Positions 12,811 to 27,100 of a DNA stretch of 64,000 bases are shown piece after piece (the stretch's first letter is position 1; each line of letters starts with the position of its first letter). The DNA is taken from contig OZ024745.1 of assembly GCA_964016885.1 (NCBI GenBank), positions 64,790,001 to 64,854,000 of the forward strand, in the 5' to 3' direction. The notes under the pieces are model-generated. The model was not told where the DNA came from. It made no database searches and worked only from the letters and a program-made list of their open reading frames with translations. This stretch comes from Eledone cirrhosa (taxonomy: Eukaryota). Made by a program: the position numbers and the translations under genes.

Positions 12811-15800
12811 CCATTTTTTATTTGGGTGATCCATTTTTTATTTGGGTGATCCATTTTTTATTTGGGTTGATCCCTTTTTTATTTGGGGGATCCATTTTTT
12901 ATTTGGGTGATCCATTTTTTATTTTGGGGATCCATTTTTTATTTGGGTGATCCATTTTTTATTTGGGTGATCCATTTTTTATTTGGGGGATCCATTTTTT
13001 ATTTGGGTGATCCATTTTTTATTTGGGTGATCCATTTTTTATTTGAGGGACCCATTTTATATTTGGGTGATCCATTTTTTATTTGGGTGATCCATTTTTT
13101 ATTTGGGGGATCCATTTTTTATTTGGGGGATCCATCTTTTATTTGGGGGATCCATTTTTTATTTGGGGGATCCATTTTTTATTTCGGGGATCCATTTTTT
13201 ATTTGGGTGATTCATTTTTTATTTGGGGGATCCATTTTTTATTTGGGGGATCCATTTTTTATTTCGGGGATCCATTTTTTATTTGGGTGATTCATTTTTT
13301 ATTTGGGGGATCCATTTTTTATTTGGGTGATCCATTTTTTATTTGGGTTGATCCCTTTTTTATTTGGGGGATCCATTTTTTATTTGGGTGATCCATTTTT
13401 TATTTGGGGGATCCATTTTTTATTTGGGTGATCCATTTTTTATTTGAGGGATCCATTTTATATTTGGGTGATCCATTTTTTATTTGGGGGATCCATTATT
13501 TATTTGGGTGATCCATTTTTTATTTGGGTGATCCATTTTTTATTTGGGTGATCCATTTTTTATTTGGGTGATCCATTTTTTATTTGGGTGATACATTTTT
13601 TATTTGGGGGATCCATTTTTTATTTGGGTGATCCATTTTTTATTTGGGTGATCCATTTTTTATTTGAGGGATCCATTTTATATTTGGGTGATCCATTTTT
13701 TATTTGGGTGATCCATTTTTTATTTGGGGGATCCATTTTTTATTTGGGGGATCCATTTTTTATTTGGGGGATCCATTTTTTATTTGGGGGATCCATTTTT
13801 TATTTCGGGGATCCATTTTTTATTTGGGTGATTCATTTTTTATTTGGGGGATCCATTTTTTATTTGGGTGATCCATTTTTTTAATTTGGGGGTCCATTTT
13901 TTATTTGGGTGATCCATTTTTTATTTGGGTGATCCATTTTTTAATTGGGTGATCCATTTTTATTTGGGTGATCCATTTTTTACTTGGGGGATCCATTTTT
14001 TATTTGGGTGATCCATTTTTTATTTTGCTGATTCATTTTTTATTTGGGTGATCCTTTTTTATTTGGGGGATCCATTTTTTATTTGGGTGAACCATTTTTT
14101 ATTTGGGGGATCCATTTTTTATTTGGGTGATCCATTTTTTATTTGGGTGATCCATTTTTTATTTGGGGGATCCATTTTTTATTTGGGTGATCCATTTTTT
14201 ATTTGGGTGATCCATTTTTTATTTGGGGGATCCATTTTTTATTTGGGGGATCCATTTTTTATTTGGGTGATCCATTTTTTATTTGGGTGGTCCATTTTTT
14301 ATTTGGGTGATCCATTTTTTATTTGGGTGATCCATTTTTTATTTGGGGGATCCATTTTTTATTTGGGTGATCCATTTTTTATTTGGGGATCCATTTTTTA
14401 TTTGGGTGATCCATTTTTTATTTGGTTGATCCATTTTTTATTTGGGGGATACATTTTTTATTTGGGTGATCCATTTTTTATTTGGGGGGACCATTTTTTA
14501 TTTGGGGGATCCATTTTTATTTGGGTGATCCATTTTTTATTTGGGGGATCCATTTTTTATTTGGGTGATCCCTTTTTTATTTGGGGGATCCATTTTTTAT
14601 TTGGGTGATCCATTTTTTATTTGGGGGATCCATTTTTTATTTGGGGGATTCATTTTTTATTTGGGTGATCCATTTTTTATTAGGGGGATCCATTTTTTAT
14701 TTGGGTGATCCATTTTTATTTGGAGATCCATTTTTTATTTAGGTGATCCATTTTATAATTGGGTGATCCATTTTTTATTTGGGGGATCCATTTTCTATTT
14801 GGAGGATCCATTATTTATTTGGGTGATCCATTTTTATTTGGAGATCCATTTTTTATTTAGGTGATCCATTTTATAATTGGGTGATCCATTTTTTATTTGG
14901 GGGATCCATTTTTTATTTGGGGGATCCATTATTTATTTGGGTGATCCATTTTTTATTTGGGTGATCCATTTTTTATTTGGGTGATCCATTTTTTATTTGG
15001 GTGATCCATTTTTTATTTGGGTGATCCATTTTTTATTTGGGGGATCCATTTTTTATTTGGGTGATCCATTTTTTATTTGGGGGATCCATTTTTTATTTGG
15101 GTGATCCATTTTTTATTTGGGGGATCCATTTTTTATTTCGGGGATCCATTTTTTATTTGGGTGATTCATTTTTTATTTGGGGGATCCATTTTTTATTTTG
15201 GGTGATCCATTTTTTATTAGGGGGATCCATTTTTTATTTGGGTGATCCATTTTTATTTGTAGATCCATTTTTTATTTGGGTGATCCATTTTTTAATTGGA
15301 TGATCCATTTTTTATTTGGGGGATCCATTTTTTATTTGGGGGATCCATTATTTATTTGGGTGATCCATTTTTTATTTGGGTGATCCATTTTTTATTCGGG
15401 GGATCCATTTTTTATTTGGGTGATCCATTTTTTATTTGGGTGATCCATTTTTTAATTGGGGATCCATTTTTTATTTAGTTGAACCATTTTTTAATTGGGT
15501 GATGCATTTTTTATTTGGGGGATCCATTTTTTATTTGGGGGATCCATTTTTTATTTGGGGGATCCATTGTTTATTTGGGTGATCCATTTTTTATTTGGGT
15601 GATCCATTTTTTATTTTGGGGATCCATTTTTTATTTGGGTGATCCATTTTTTATTTGGGGATCCATTTTTTATTTGGGTGATCCATTTTTTATTTGGGTG
15701 ATCCATTTTTTATTTGGGGGATCCATTTTTTATTTGGGTGATTCATTTTTTATTTGGGGGGTCCATTTTTTATTTGGGGGATCCATTTTTATTTGGGTGA

Positions 15801-18800
15801 TCCATTTTTTATTTGGGGGATCCATTTTTTATTTGGGTGATCCATTTTTTATTTGGGTTGATCCCTTTTTTATTTGGGGGATCCATTTTTTATTTGGGTG
15901 ATCCATTTTTTATTTGGGGGATCCATTTTTTATTTGGGTGATCCATTTTTTATTTGAGGGATCCATTTTATATTTGGGTGATCCATTTTTTATTTGGGGG
16001 ATCCATTATTTATTTGGGTGATCCATTTTTTATTTGGGTGATCCATTTTTTATTTGGGTGATCCATTTTTTATTTGGGTGATCCATTTTTTATTTGGGTG
16101 ATACATTTTTTATTTGGGGGATCCATTTTTTATTTGGGTGATCCATTTTTTATTTGGGTGATCCATTTTTTATTTGAGGGATCCATTTTATATTTGGGTG
16201 ATCCATTTTTTATTTGGGTGATCCATTTTTTATTTGGGGGATCCATTTTTTATTTGGGGGATCCATTTTTTATTTGGGGGATCCATTTTTTATTTGGGGG
16301 ATCCATTTTTTATTTCGGGGATCCATTTTTTATTTGGGTGATTCATTTTTTATTTGGGGGATCCATTTTTTATTTGGGTGATCCATTTTTTTAATTTGGG
16401 GGTCCATTTTTTATTTGGGTGATCCATTTTTTATTTGGGTGATCCATTTTTTAATTGGGTGATCCATTTTTATTTGGGTGATCCATTTTTTACTTGGGGG
16501 ATCCATTTTTTATTTGGGTGATCCATTTTTTATTTTGCTGATTCATTTTTTATTTGGGTGATCCATTTTTTATTTGGGGGATCCATTTTTTATTTGGGTG
16601 AACCATTTTTTATTTGGGGGATCCATTTTTTATTTGGGTGATCCATTTTTTATTTGGGTGATCCATTTTTTATTTGGGGGATCCATTTTTTATTTGGGTG
16701 ATCCATTTTTTATTTGGGTGATCCATTTTTTATTTGGGGGATCCATTTTTTATTTGGGGGATCCATTTTTTATTTGGGTGATCCATTTTTATTTGGGGGA
16801 TCCATTTTCTATTTGGAGGATCCATTATTTATTTGGGTGATCCATTTTTATTTGGAGATCCATTTTTTATTTAGGTGATCCATTTTATAATTGGGTGATC
16901 CATTTTTTATTTGGGGGATCCATTTTTTATTTGGGGGATCCATTATTTATTTGGGTGATCCATTTTTTATTTGGGTGATCCATTTTTTATTTGGGTGATC
17001 CATTTTTTATTTGGGTGATCCATTTTTTATTTGGGTGATCCATTTTTTATTTGGGGGATCCATTTTTTATTTGGGTGATCCATTTTTTATTTGGGGGATC
17101 CATTTTTTATTTGGGTGATCCATTTTTTATTTGGGGGATCCATTTTTTATTTCGGGGATCCATTTTTTATTTGGGTGATTCATTTTTTATTTGGGGGATC
17201 CATTTTTTATTTTGGGTGATCCATTTTTTATTAGGGGGATCCATTTTTTATTTGGGTGATCCATTTTTATTTGTAGATCCATTTTTTATTTGGGTGATCC
17301 ATTTTTTAATTGGATGATCCATTTTTTATTTGGGGGATCCATTTTTTATTTGGGGGATCCATTATTTATTTGGGTGATCCATTTTTTATTTGGGTGATCC
17401 ATTTTTTATTCGGGGGATCCATTTTTTATTTGGGTGATCCATTTTTTATTTGGGTGATCCATTTTTTAATTGGGGATCCATTTTTTATTTAGTTGATCCA
17501 TTTTTTAATTGGGTGATGCATTTTTTATTTGGGGGATCCATTTTTTATTTGGGGGATCCATTTTTTATTTGGGGGATCCATTGTTTATTTGGGTGATCCA
17601 TTTTTTATTTGGGTGATCCATTTTTTATTTGGGGGATCCATTTTGTATTTGGGTGATCCATTTTTTATTTGGGTGATCCATTTTTTATTTGGGTGATCCA
17701 TTTTTTATTTGTGGGATCCATTTTTTATTTGGGTGATCCATTTTTTATTTGGGGGATCCTTTTTTTATTTGGGTGATCCATTTTTTATTTGGGTGATCCA
17801 TTTTTTATTTGGGGGATCCATTTTTTATTTGGGTGATCCATTTTTTATTTGGGTGATCCATTTTTTATTTGGGGGATCCATTTTTTATTTGGGTGATCCA
17901 TTTTTTATTTGGGGGATCCATTTTTTATTTGGGGGATCCATTTTTTATTTGGGTGATCCATTTTTTATATGGGTGATCCATTTTTTATTTGGGGGGATCC
18001 ATTTTTAATTTGGGTGATCCATTTTTTATTTGGGGGATCCATTTTTTATTTGGGTGATCCATATTTTATTTGGGGGATCCATTTTTTATTTGGGTGATCC
18101 ATTTTTTATTTGGGTGATCCATTTTTTAATTGGGTGATCCATTTTTTATTTGGGGTATCCATTTTTTATTTGGGTGATCCATTTTTTAGTTGGGTGGTCC
18201 ATTTTTTATTTGGGTGATCCATTTTTTATTTTGGGGATCCATTTTTTATTTGGGTGATCCATTTTTTATTTGGGGATCCATTTTTTATTTGGGTGATCCA
18301 TTTTTTATTTGGGTGATCCATTTTTTATTTGGGGGATCCATTTTTTATTTGGGTGATTCATTTTTTATTTGGGGGGTCCATTTTTTATTTGGGGGATCCA
18401 TTTTTATTTGGGTGATCCATTTTTTATTTGGGGGATCCATTTTTTATTTGGGTGATCCATTATTTATTTGGGTTGATCCCTTTTTTATTTGGGGGATCCA
18501 TTTTTTATTTGGGTGATCCATTTTTTATTTGGGGGATCCATTTTTTATTTGGGTGATCCATTTTTTATTTGAGGGATCCATTTTATATTTGGGTGATCCA
18601 TTTTTTATTTGGGGGATCCATTATTTATTTGGGTGATCCATTTTTTATTTGGGTGATCCATTTTTTATTTGGGTGATCCATTTTTTATTTGGGTGATCCA
18701 TTTTTTATTTGGGTGATACATTTTTTATTTGGGGGATCCATTTTTTATTTGGGTGATCCATTTTTTATTTGGGTGATCCATTTTTTATTTGAGGGATCCA

Positions 18801-21800
18801 TTTTATATTTGGGTGATCCATTTTTTATTTGGGTGATCCATTTTTTATTTGGGGGATCCATTTTTTATTTGGGGGATCCATTTTTTATTTGGGGGATCCA
18901 TTTTTTATTTCGGGGATCCATTTTTTATTTGGGTGATTCATTTTTTATTTGGGGGATCCATTTTTTATTTGGGTGATCCATTTTTTTAATTTGGAGGTCC
19001 ATTTTTTATTTGGGTGATCCATTTTTTATTTGGGTGATCCATTTTTTAATTGGGTGATCCATTTTTATTTGGGTGATCCATTTTTTACTTGGGGGATCCA
19101 TTTTTTATTTGGGTGATCCATTTTTTATTTTGCTGATTCATTTTTTATTTGGGTGATCCATTTTTTATTTGGGGGATCCATTTTTTATTTGGGTGAACCA
19201 TTTTTTATTTGGGAGATCCATTTTTTATTTGGGTGATCCATTTTTTATTTGGGTGATCCATTTTTTATTTGGGGGATCCATTTTTTATTTGGGTGATCCA
19301 TTTTTTATTTGGGTGATCCATTTTTTATTTGGTTGATCCATTTTTTATTTGGGGGATACATTTTTTATTTGGGTGATCCATTTTTTATTTGGGGGATCCA
19401 TTTTTATTTGGGTGATCCATTTTTTATTTGGGGGATCCATTTTTTATTTGGGTGATCCCTTTTTTATTTGGGGGATCCATTTTTTATTTGGGTGATCCAT
19501 TTTTTATTTGGGGGATCCATTTTTTATTTGGGGGATTCATTTTTTATTTGGGTGATCCATTTTTTATTAGGGGGATCCATTTTTTATTTGGGTGATCCAT
19601 TTTTATTTGGAGATCCATTTTTTATTTAGGTGATCCATTTTATAATTGGGTGATCCATTTTTTATTTGGGGGATCCATTTTCTATTTGGAGGATCCATTA
19701 TTTATTTGGGTGATCCATTTTTTATTTGGGTGATCCATTTTTTATTTGGGTGATCCATTTTTTATTTGGGTGATCCATTTTTTATTTGGGTTGATCCCTT
19801 TTTTATTTGGGGGATCCATTTTTTATTTGGGTGATCCATTTTTTATTTTGGGGATCCATTTTTTATTTGGGTGATCCATTTTTTATTTGGGTGATCCATT
19901 TTTTATTTGGGGGATCCATTTTTTATTTGGGTGATCCATTTTTTATTTGGGTGATCCATTTTTTATTTGAGGGACCCATTTTATATTTGGGTGATGCATT
20001 TTTTATTTGGGTGATCCATTTTTTATTTGGGGGATCCATTTTTTATTTGGGGGATCCATCTTTTATTTGGGGGATCCATTTTTTATTTGGGGGATCCATT
20101 TTTTATTTCGGGGATCCATTTTTTATTTGGGTGATTCATTTTTTATTTGGGGGATCCATTTTTTATTTGGGGGATCCATTTTTTATTTCGGGGATCCATT
20201 TTTTATTTGGGTGATTCATTTTTTATTTGGGGGATCCATTTTTTATTTGGGTGATCCATTTTTTATTTGGGTTGATCCCTTTTTTATTTGGGGGATCCAT
20301 TTTTTATTTGGGTGATCCATTTTTTATTTGGGGGATCCATTTTTTATTTGGGTGATCCATTTTTTATTTGAGGGATCCATTTTATATTTGGGTGATCCAT
20401 TTTTTATTTGGGGGATCCATTATTTATTTGGGTGATCCATTTTTTATTTGGGTGATCCATTTTTTATTTGGGTGATCCATTTTTTATTTGGGTGATCCAT
20501 TTTTTATTTGGGTGATACATTTTTTATTTGGGGGATCCATTTTTTATTTGGGTGATCCATTTTTTATTTGGGTGATCCATTTTTTATTTGAGGGATCCAT
20601 TTTATATTTGGGTGATCCATTTTTTATTTGGGTGATCCATTTTTTATTTGGGGGATCCATTTTTTATTTGGGGGATCCATTTTTTATTTGGGGGATCCAT
20701 TTTTTATTTGGGGGATCCATTTTTTATTTCGGGGATCCATTTTTTATTTGGGTGATTCATTTTTTATTTGGGGGATCCATTTTTTATTTGGGTGATCCAT
20801 TTTTTTAATTTGGGGGTCCATTTTTTATTTGGGTGATCCATTTTTTATTTGGGTGATCCATTTTTTAATTGGGTGATCCATTTTTATTTGGGTGATCCAT
20901 TTTTTACTTGGGGGATCCATTTTTTATTTGGGTGATCCATTTTTTATTTTGCTGATTCATTTTTTATTTGGGTGATCCATTTTTTATTTGGGGGATCCAT
21001 TTTTTATTTGGGTGAACCATTTTTTATTTGGGGGATCCATTTTTTATTTGGGTGATCCATTTTTTATTTGGGTGATCCATTTTTTATTTGGGGGATCCAT
21101 TTTTTATTTGGGTGATCCATTTTTTATTTGGGTGATCCATTTTTTATTTGGGGGATCCATTTTTTATTTGGGGGATCCATTTTTTATTTGGGTGATCCAT
21201 TTTTATTTGGAGATCCATTTTGTATTTGGGTGATCCATTTTTTAATTGGGTGATCCATTTTTTATTTGGGTGATCCATTTTTTATTTGGGGGATCCATTT
21301 TTTATTTGGGTGATCCATTTTTTATTTGGGTGGTCCATTTTTTATTTGGGTGATCCATTTTTTATTTGGGGGATCCATTTTTTATTTGGGTGATCCATTT
21401 TTTATTTGGGGATCCATTTTTTATTTGGGTGATCCATTTTTTATTTGGTTGATCCATTTTTTATTTGGGGGATACATTTTTTATTTGGGTGATCCATTTT
21501 TTATTTGGGGGGACCATTTTTTATTTGGGGGATCCATTTTTATTTGGGTGATCCATTTTTTATTTGGGGGATCCATTTTTTATTTGGGTGATCCCTTTTT
21601 TATTTGGGGGATCCATTTTTTATTTGGGTGATCCATTTTTTATTTGGGGGATCCATTTTTTATTTGGGGGATTCATTTTTTATTTGGGTGATCCATTTTT
21701 TATTAGGGGGATCCATTTTTTATTTGGGTGATCCATTTTTATTTGGAGATCCATTTTTTATTTAGGTGATCCATTTTATAATTGGGTGATCCATTTTTTA

Positions 21801-22620
21801 TTTGGGGGATCCATTTTCTATTTGGAGGATCCATTATTTATTTGGGTGATCCATTTTTATTTGGAGATCCATTTTTTATTTAGGTGATCCATTTTATAAT
21901 TGGGTGATCCATTTTTTATTTGGGGGATCCATTTTTTATTTGGGGGATCCATTATTTATTTGGGTGATCCATTTTTTATTTGGGTGATCCATTTTTTATT
22001 TGGGTGATCCATTTTTTATTTGGGTGATCCATTTTTTATTTGGGTGATCCATTTTTTATTTGGGGGATCCATTTTTTATTTGGGTGATCCATTTTTTATT
22101 TGGGGGATCCATTTTTTATTTGGGTGATCCATTTTTTATTTGGGGGATCCATTTTTTATTTCGGGGATCCATTTTTTATTTGGGTGATTCATTTTTTATT
22201 TGGGGGATCCATTTTTTATTTTGGGTGATCCATTCTTTATTAGGGGGATCCATTTTTTATTTGGGTGATCCATTTTTATTTGTAGATCCATTTTTTATTT
22301 GGGTGATCCATTTTTTAATTGGATGATCCATTTTTTATTTGGGGGATCCATTTTTTATTTGGGGGATCCATTATTTATTTGGGTGATCCATTTTTTATTT
22401 GGGTGATCCATTTTTTATTCGGGGGATCCATTTTTTATTTGGGTGATCCATTTTTTATTTGGGTGATCCATTTTTTAATTGGGGATCCATTTTTTATTTA
22501 GTTGATCCATTTTTTAATTGGGTGATGCATTTTTTATTTGGGGGATCCATTTTTTATTTGGGGGATCCATTTTTTATTTGGGGGATCCATTGTTTATTTG
22601 GGTGATCCATTTTTTATTTG
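9700..22620 (+). repeat. Imperfect ~7 kb higher-order duplication (about 9.7-15.6 kb vs 16.9-22.6 kb) with monomer-block indels
   Basis: Offset 7240 (9811/17051, 10469/17709, 10950/18190), then 6924 (12883/19807, 13083/20007, 13564/20488), then 7023 (15037/22060, 15296/22319). Confidence 0.75.
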
Positions 22621-24189
22621 GGTGATCCATTTTTTATTTGGGGGATCCATTTTGTATTTGGGTGATCCATTTTTTATTTGGGTGATCCATTTTTTATTTG
22701 GGTGATCCATTTTTTATTTGTGGGATCCATTTTTTATTTGGGTGATCCATTTTTTATTTGGGGGATCCTTTTTTTATTTGGGTGATCCATTTTTTATTTG
22801 GGTGATCCATTTTTTATTTGGGGGATCCATTTTTTATTTGGGTGATCCATTTTTTATTTGGGTGATCCATTTTTTATTTGGGGGATCCATTTTTTATTTG
22901 GGTGATCCATTTTTTATTTGGGGGATCCATTTTTTATTTGGGGGATCCATTTTTTATTTGGGTGATCCATTTTTTATATGGGTGATCCATTTTTTATTTG
23001 GGGGGATCCATTTTTAATTTGGGTGATCCATTTTTTATTTGGGGGATCCATTTTTTATTTGGGTGATCCATATTTTATTTGGGGGATCCATTTTTTATTT
23101 GGGTGATCCATTTTTTATTTGGGTGATCCATTTTTTAATTGGGTGATCCATTTTTTATTTGGGGTATCCATTTTTTATTTGGGTGATCCATTTTTTAGTT
23201 GGGTGGTCCATTTTTTATTTGGGTGATCCATTTTTTATTTTGGGGATCCATTTTTTATTTGGGTGATCCATTTTTTATTTGGGGATCCATTTTTTATTTG
23301 GGTGATCCATTTTTTATTTGGGTGATCCATTTTTTATTTGGGGGATCCATTTTTTATTTGGGTGATTCATTTTTTATTTGGGGGGTCCATTTTTTATTTG
23401 GGGGATCCATTTTTATTTGGGTGATCCATTTTTTATTTGGGGGATCCATTTTTTATTTGGGTGATCCATTTTTTATTTGGGTTGATCCCTTTTTTATTTG
23501 GGGGATCCATTTTTTATTTGGGTGATCCATTTTTATTTGGGGGATCCATTTTTTATGTGGGTGATCCATTTTTTATTTGAGGGATCCATTTTATATTTGG
23601 GTGATCCATTTTTTATTTGGGGGATCCATTATTTATTTGGGTGATCCATTTTTTATTTGGGTGATCCATTTTTTATTTGGGTGATCCATTTTTTATTTGG
23701 GTGATCCATTTTTTATTTGGGTGATACATTTTTTATTTGGGGGATCCATTTTTTATTTGGGTGATCCATTTTTTATTTGGGTGATCCATTTTTTATTTGA
23801 GGGATCCATTTTATATTTGGGTGATCCATTTTTTATTTGGGTGATCCATTTTTTATTTGGGGGATATATTTTTTATTTGGGGGATCCATTTTTTATTTGG
23901 GGGATCCATTTTTTATTTGGGGGATCCATTTTTTATTTCGGGGATCCATTTTTTATTTGGGTGATTCATTTTTTATTTGGGGGATCCATTTTTTATTTGG
24001 GTGATCCATTTTTTTAATTTGGGGGTCCATTTTTTATTTGGGTGATCCATTTTTTATTTGGGTGATCCATTTTTTAATTGGGTGATCCATTTTTATTTGG
24101 GTGATCCATTTTTTACTTGGGGGATCCATTTTTTATTTGGGTGATCCATTTTTTATTTTGCTGATTCATTTTTTATTTGGGTGATCCAT

Positions 24190-27100
24190 TTTTTATTTGG
24201 GGGATCCATTTTTTATTTGGGTGAACCATTTTTTATTTGGGGGATCCATTTTTTATTTGGGTGATCCATTTTTTATTTGGGTGATCCATTTTTTATTTGG
24301 GGGATCCATTTTTTATTTGGGTGATCCATTTTTTATTTGGGTGATCCATTTTTTATTTGGGGGATCCATTTTTTTATTTGGGGGATCCATTTTTTATTTG
24401 GGTGATCCATTTTTATTTGGAGATCCATTTTGTATTTGGGTGATCCATTTTTTAATTGGGTGATCCATTTTTTATTTGGGTGATCCATTTTTTATTTGGG
24501 GGATCCATTTTTTATTTGGGTGATCCATTTTTTATTTGGGTGGTCCATTTTTTATTTGGGTGATCCATTTTTTATTTGGGGGATCCATTTTTTATTTGGG
24601 TGATCCATTTTTTATTTGGGGATCCATTTTTTATTTGGGTGATCCATTTTTTATTTGGTTGATCCATTTTTTATTTGGGGGATACATTTTTTATTTGGGT
24701 GATCCATTTTTTATTTGGGGGGACCATTTTTTATTTGGGGGATCCATTTTTATTTGGGTGATCCATTTTTTATTTGGGGGATCCATTTTTTATTTGGGTG
24801 ATCCCTTTTTTATTTGGGGGATCCATTTTTTATTTGGGTGATCCATTTTTTATTTGGGGGATCCATTTTTTATTTGGGGGATTCATTTTTTATTTGGGTG
24901 ATCCATTTTTTATTAGGGGGATCCATTTTTTATTTGGGTGATCCATTTTTATTTGGAGATCCATTTTTTATTTAGGTGATCCATTTTATAATTGGGTGAT
25001 CCATTTTTTATTTGGGGGATCCATTTTCTATTTGGAGGATCCATTATTTATTTGGGTGATCCATTTTTTATTTGGGTGATCCATTTTTTATTTGGGTGAT
25101 CCATTTTTTATTTGGGTTGATCCCTTTTTTATTTGGGGGATCCATTTTTTATTTGGGTGATCCATTTTTTATTTTGGGGATCCATTTTTTATTTGGGTGA
25201 TCCATTTTTTATTTGGGTGATCCATTTTTTATTTGGGGGATCCATTTTTTATTTGGGTGATCCATTTTTTATTTGGGTGATCCATTTTTTATTTGAGGGA
25301 CCCATTTTATATTTGGGTGATCCATTTTTTATTTGGGTGATCCATTTTTTATTTGGGGGATCCATTTTTTATTTGGGGGATCCATCTTTTATTTGGGGGA
25401 TCCATTTTTTATTTGGGGGATCCATTTTTTATTTCGGGGATCCATTTTTTATTTGGGTGATTCATTTTTTATTTGGGGGATCCATTTTTTATTTGGGTGA
25501 TCCATTTTTTTTATTTTGGGGTCCATTTTTTATTTGGGTGATCCATTTTTTATTTGGGTGATCCATTTTTTAATTGGGTGATCCATTTTTATTTGGGTGA
25601 TCCATTTTTTACTTGGGGGATCCATTTTTTATTTGGGTGATCCATTTTTTATTTTGCTGATTCATTTTTTATTTGGGTGATCCATTTTTTATTTGGAGGA
25701 TCCATTTTTTATTTGGGTGAACCATTTTTTATTTGGGGGATCCATTTTTTATTTGGGTGATCCATTTTTTATTTGGGTGATCCATTTTTTATTTGGGGGA
25801 TCCATGTTTTATTTGGGTGATCCATTTTTTATTTGGGTCATCCATTTTTTATTTGGGGGATCCATTTTTTATTTGGGGGGTCCATTTTTTATTTGGGTGA
25901 TCCATTTTTATTTGGAGATCCATTTTGTATTTGGGTGATCCATTTTGTATTTGGGGGATCCATTTTTTAATTGGGTGATCCATTTTTTATTTGGGGGATC
26001 CATTTTTTATTTGGGGGATCCATTTTTTATTTGGGGGATCCATTGTTTATTTGGGTGATCCATTTTTTATTTGGGTGATCCATTTTTTATTTGGGGGATC
26101 CATTTTTTATTTGGGTGATCCATTTTTTATTTGGGTGATCCATTTTTTATTTGGGTGATCCATTTTTTATTTGTGGGATCCATTTTTTATTTGGGTGATC
26201 CATTTTTTATTTGGGGGATCCTTTTTTTATTTGGGTGATCGATTTTTTATTTGGGTGATCCATTTTTTATTTGGGGGATCCATTTTTTATTTGGGTGATC
26301 CATTTTTTATTTGGGTGATACATTTTTTATTTGGGGGATCCATTTTTTATTTGGGTGATCCATTTTTTATTTGGGGGATCCATTTTTTATTTGGGTGATC
26401 CATTTTTTATTTGGGTGATCCATTTTTTATTTGGCGGGATCCATTTTTTATTTGGGTGATCCATTTTTTATTTGGGGGATCCATTTTTTATTTGGGTGAT
26501 CCATTTTTTATTTGGGGGATCCATTTTTTATTTGGGTGATCCATTTTTTATTTGGGTGATCCATTTTTTAATTGGGTGATCCATTTTTTATTTGGGGGAT
26601 CCATTTTTTATTTGGGTGATCCATTTTTTAGTTGGGTGGTCCATTTTTTATTTGGGTGATCCATTTTTTATTTGGGGGATCCATTTTTTATTTGGGTGAT
26701 CCATTTTTTATTTGGGGATCCATTTTTTATTTGGGTGATCCATTTTTTATTTGGGTGACCATTTTTTATTTGGGGGATTCATTTTTTATTTGGGTGATTC
26801 ATTTTTTATTTGGGGGGTCCATTTTTTATTTGGGGGATCCATTTTTATTTGGGTGATCCATTTTTTATTTGGGGGATCCATTTTTTATTTGGGTGATCCA
26901 TTTTTTATTTGGGTTGATCCCTTTTTTATTTGGGTGATCCATTTTTTATTTGAGGGATCCATTTTATATTTGGGTGATCCATTTTTTATTTGGGTGATCC
27001 ATTTTTTATTTGGGGGATCCATTTTTTATTTGGGGGATCCATTTTTTATTTGGGGGATCCATTTTTTATTTGGGGGATCCATTTTTTATTTCGGGGATCC

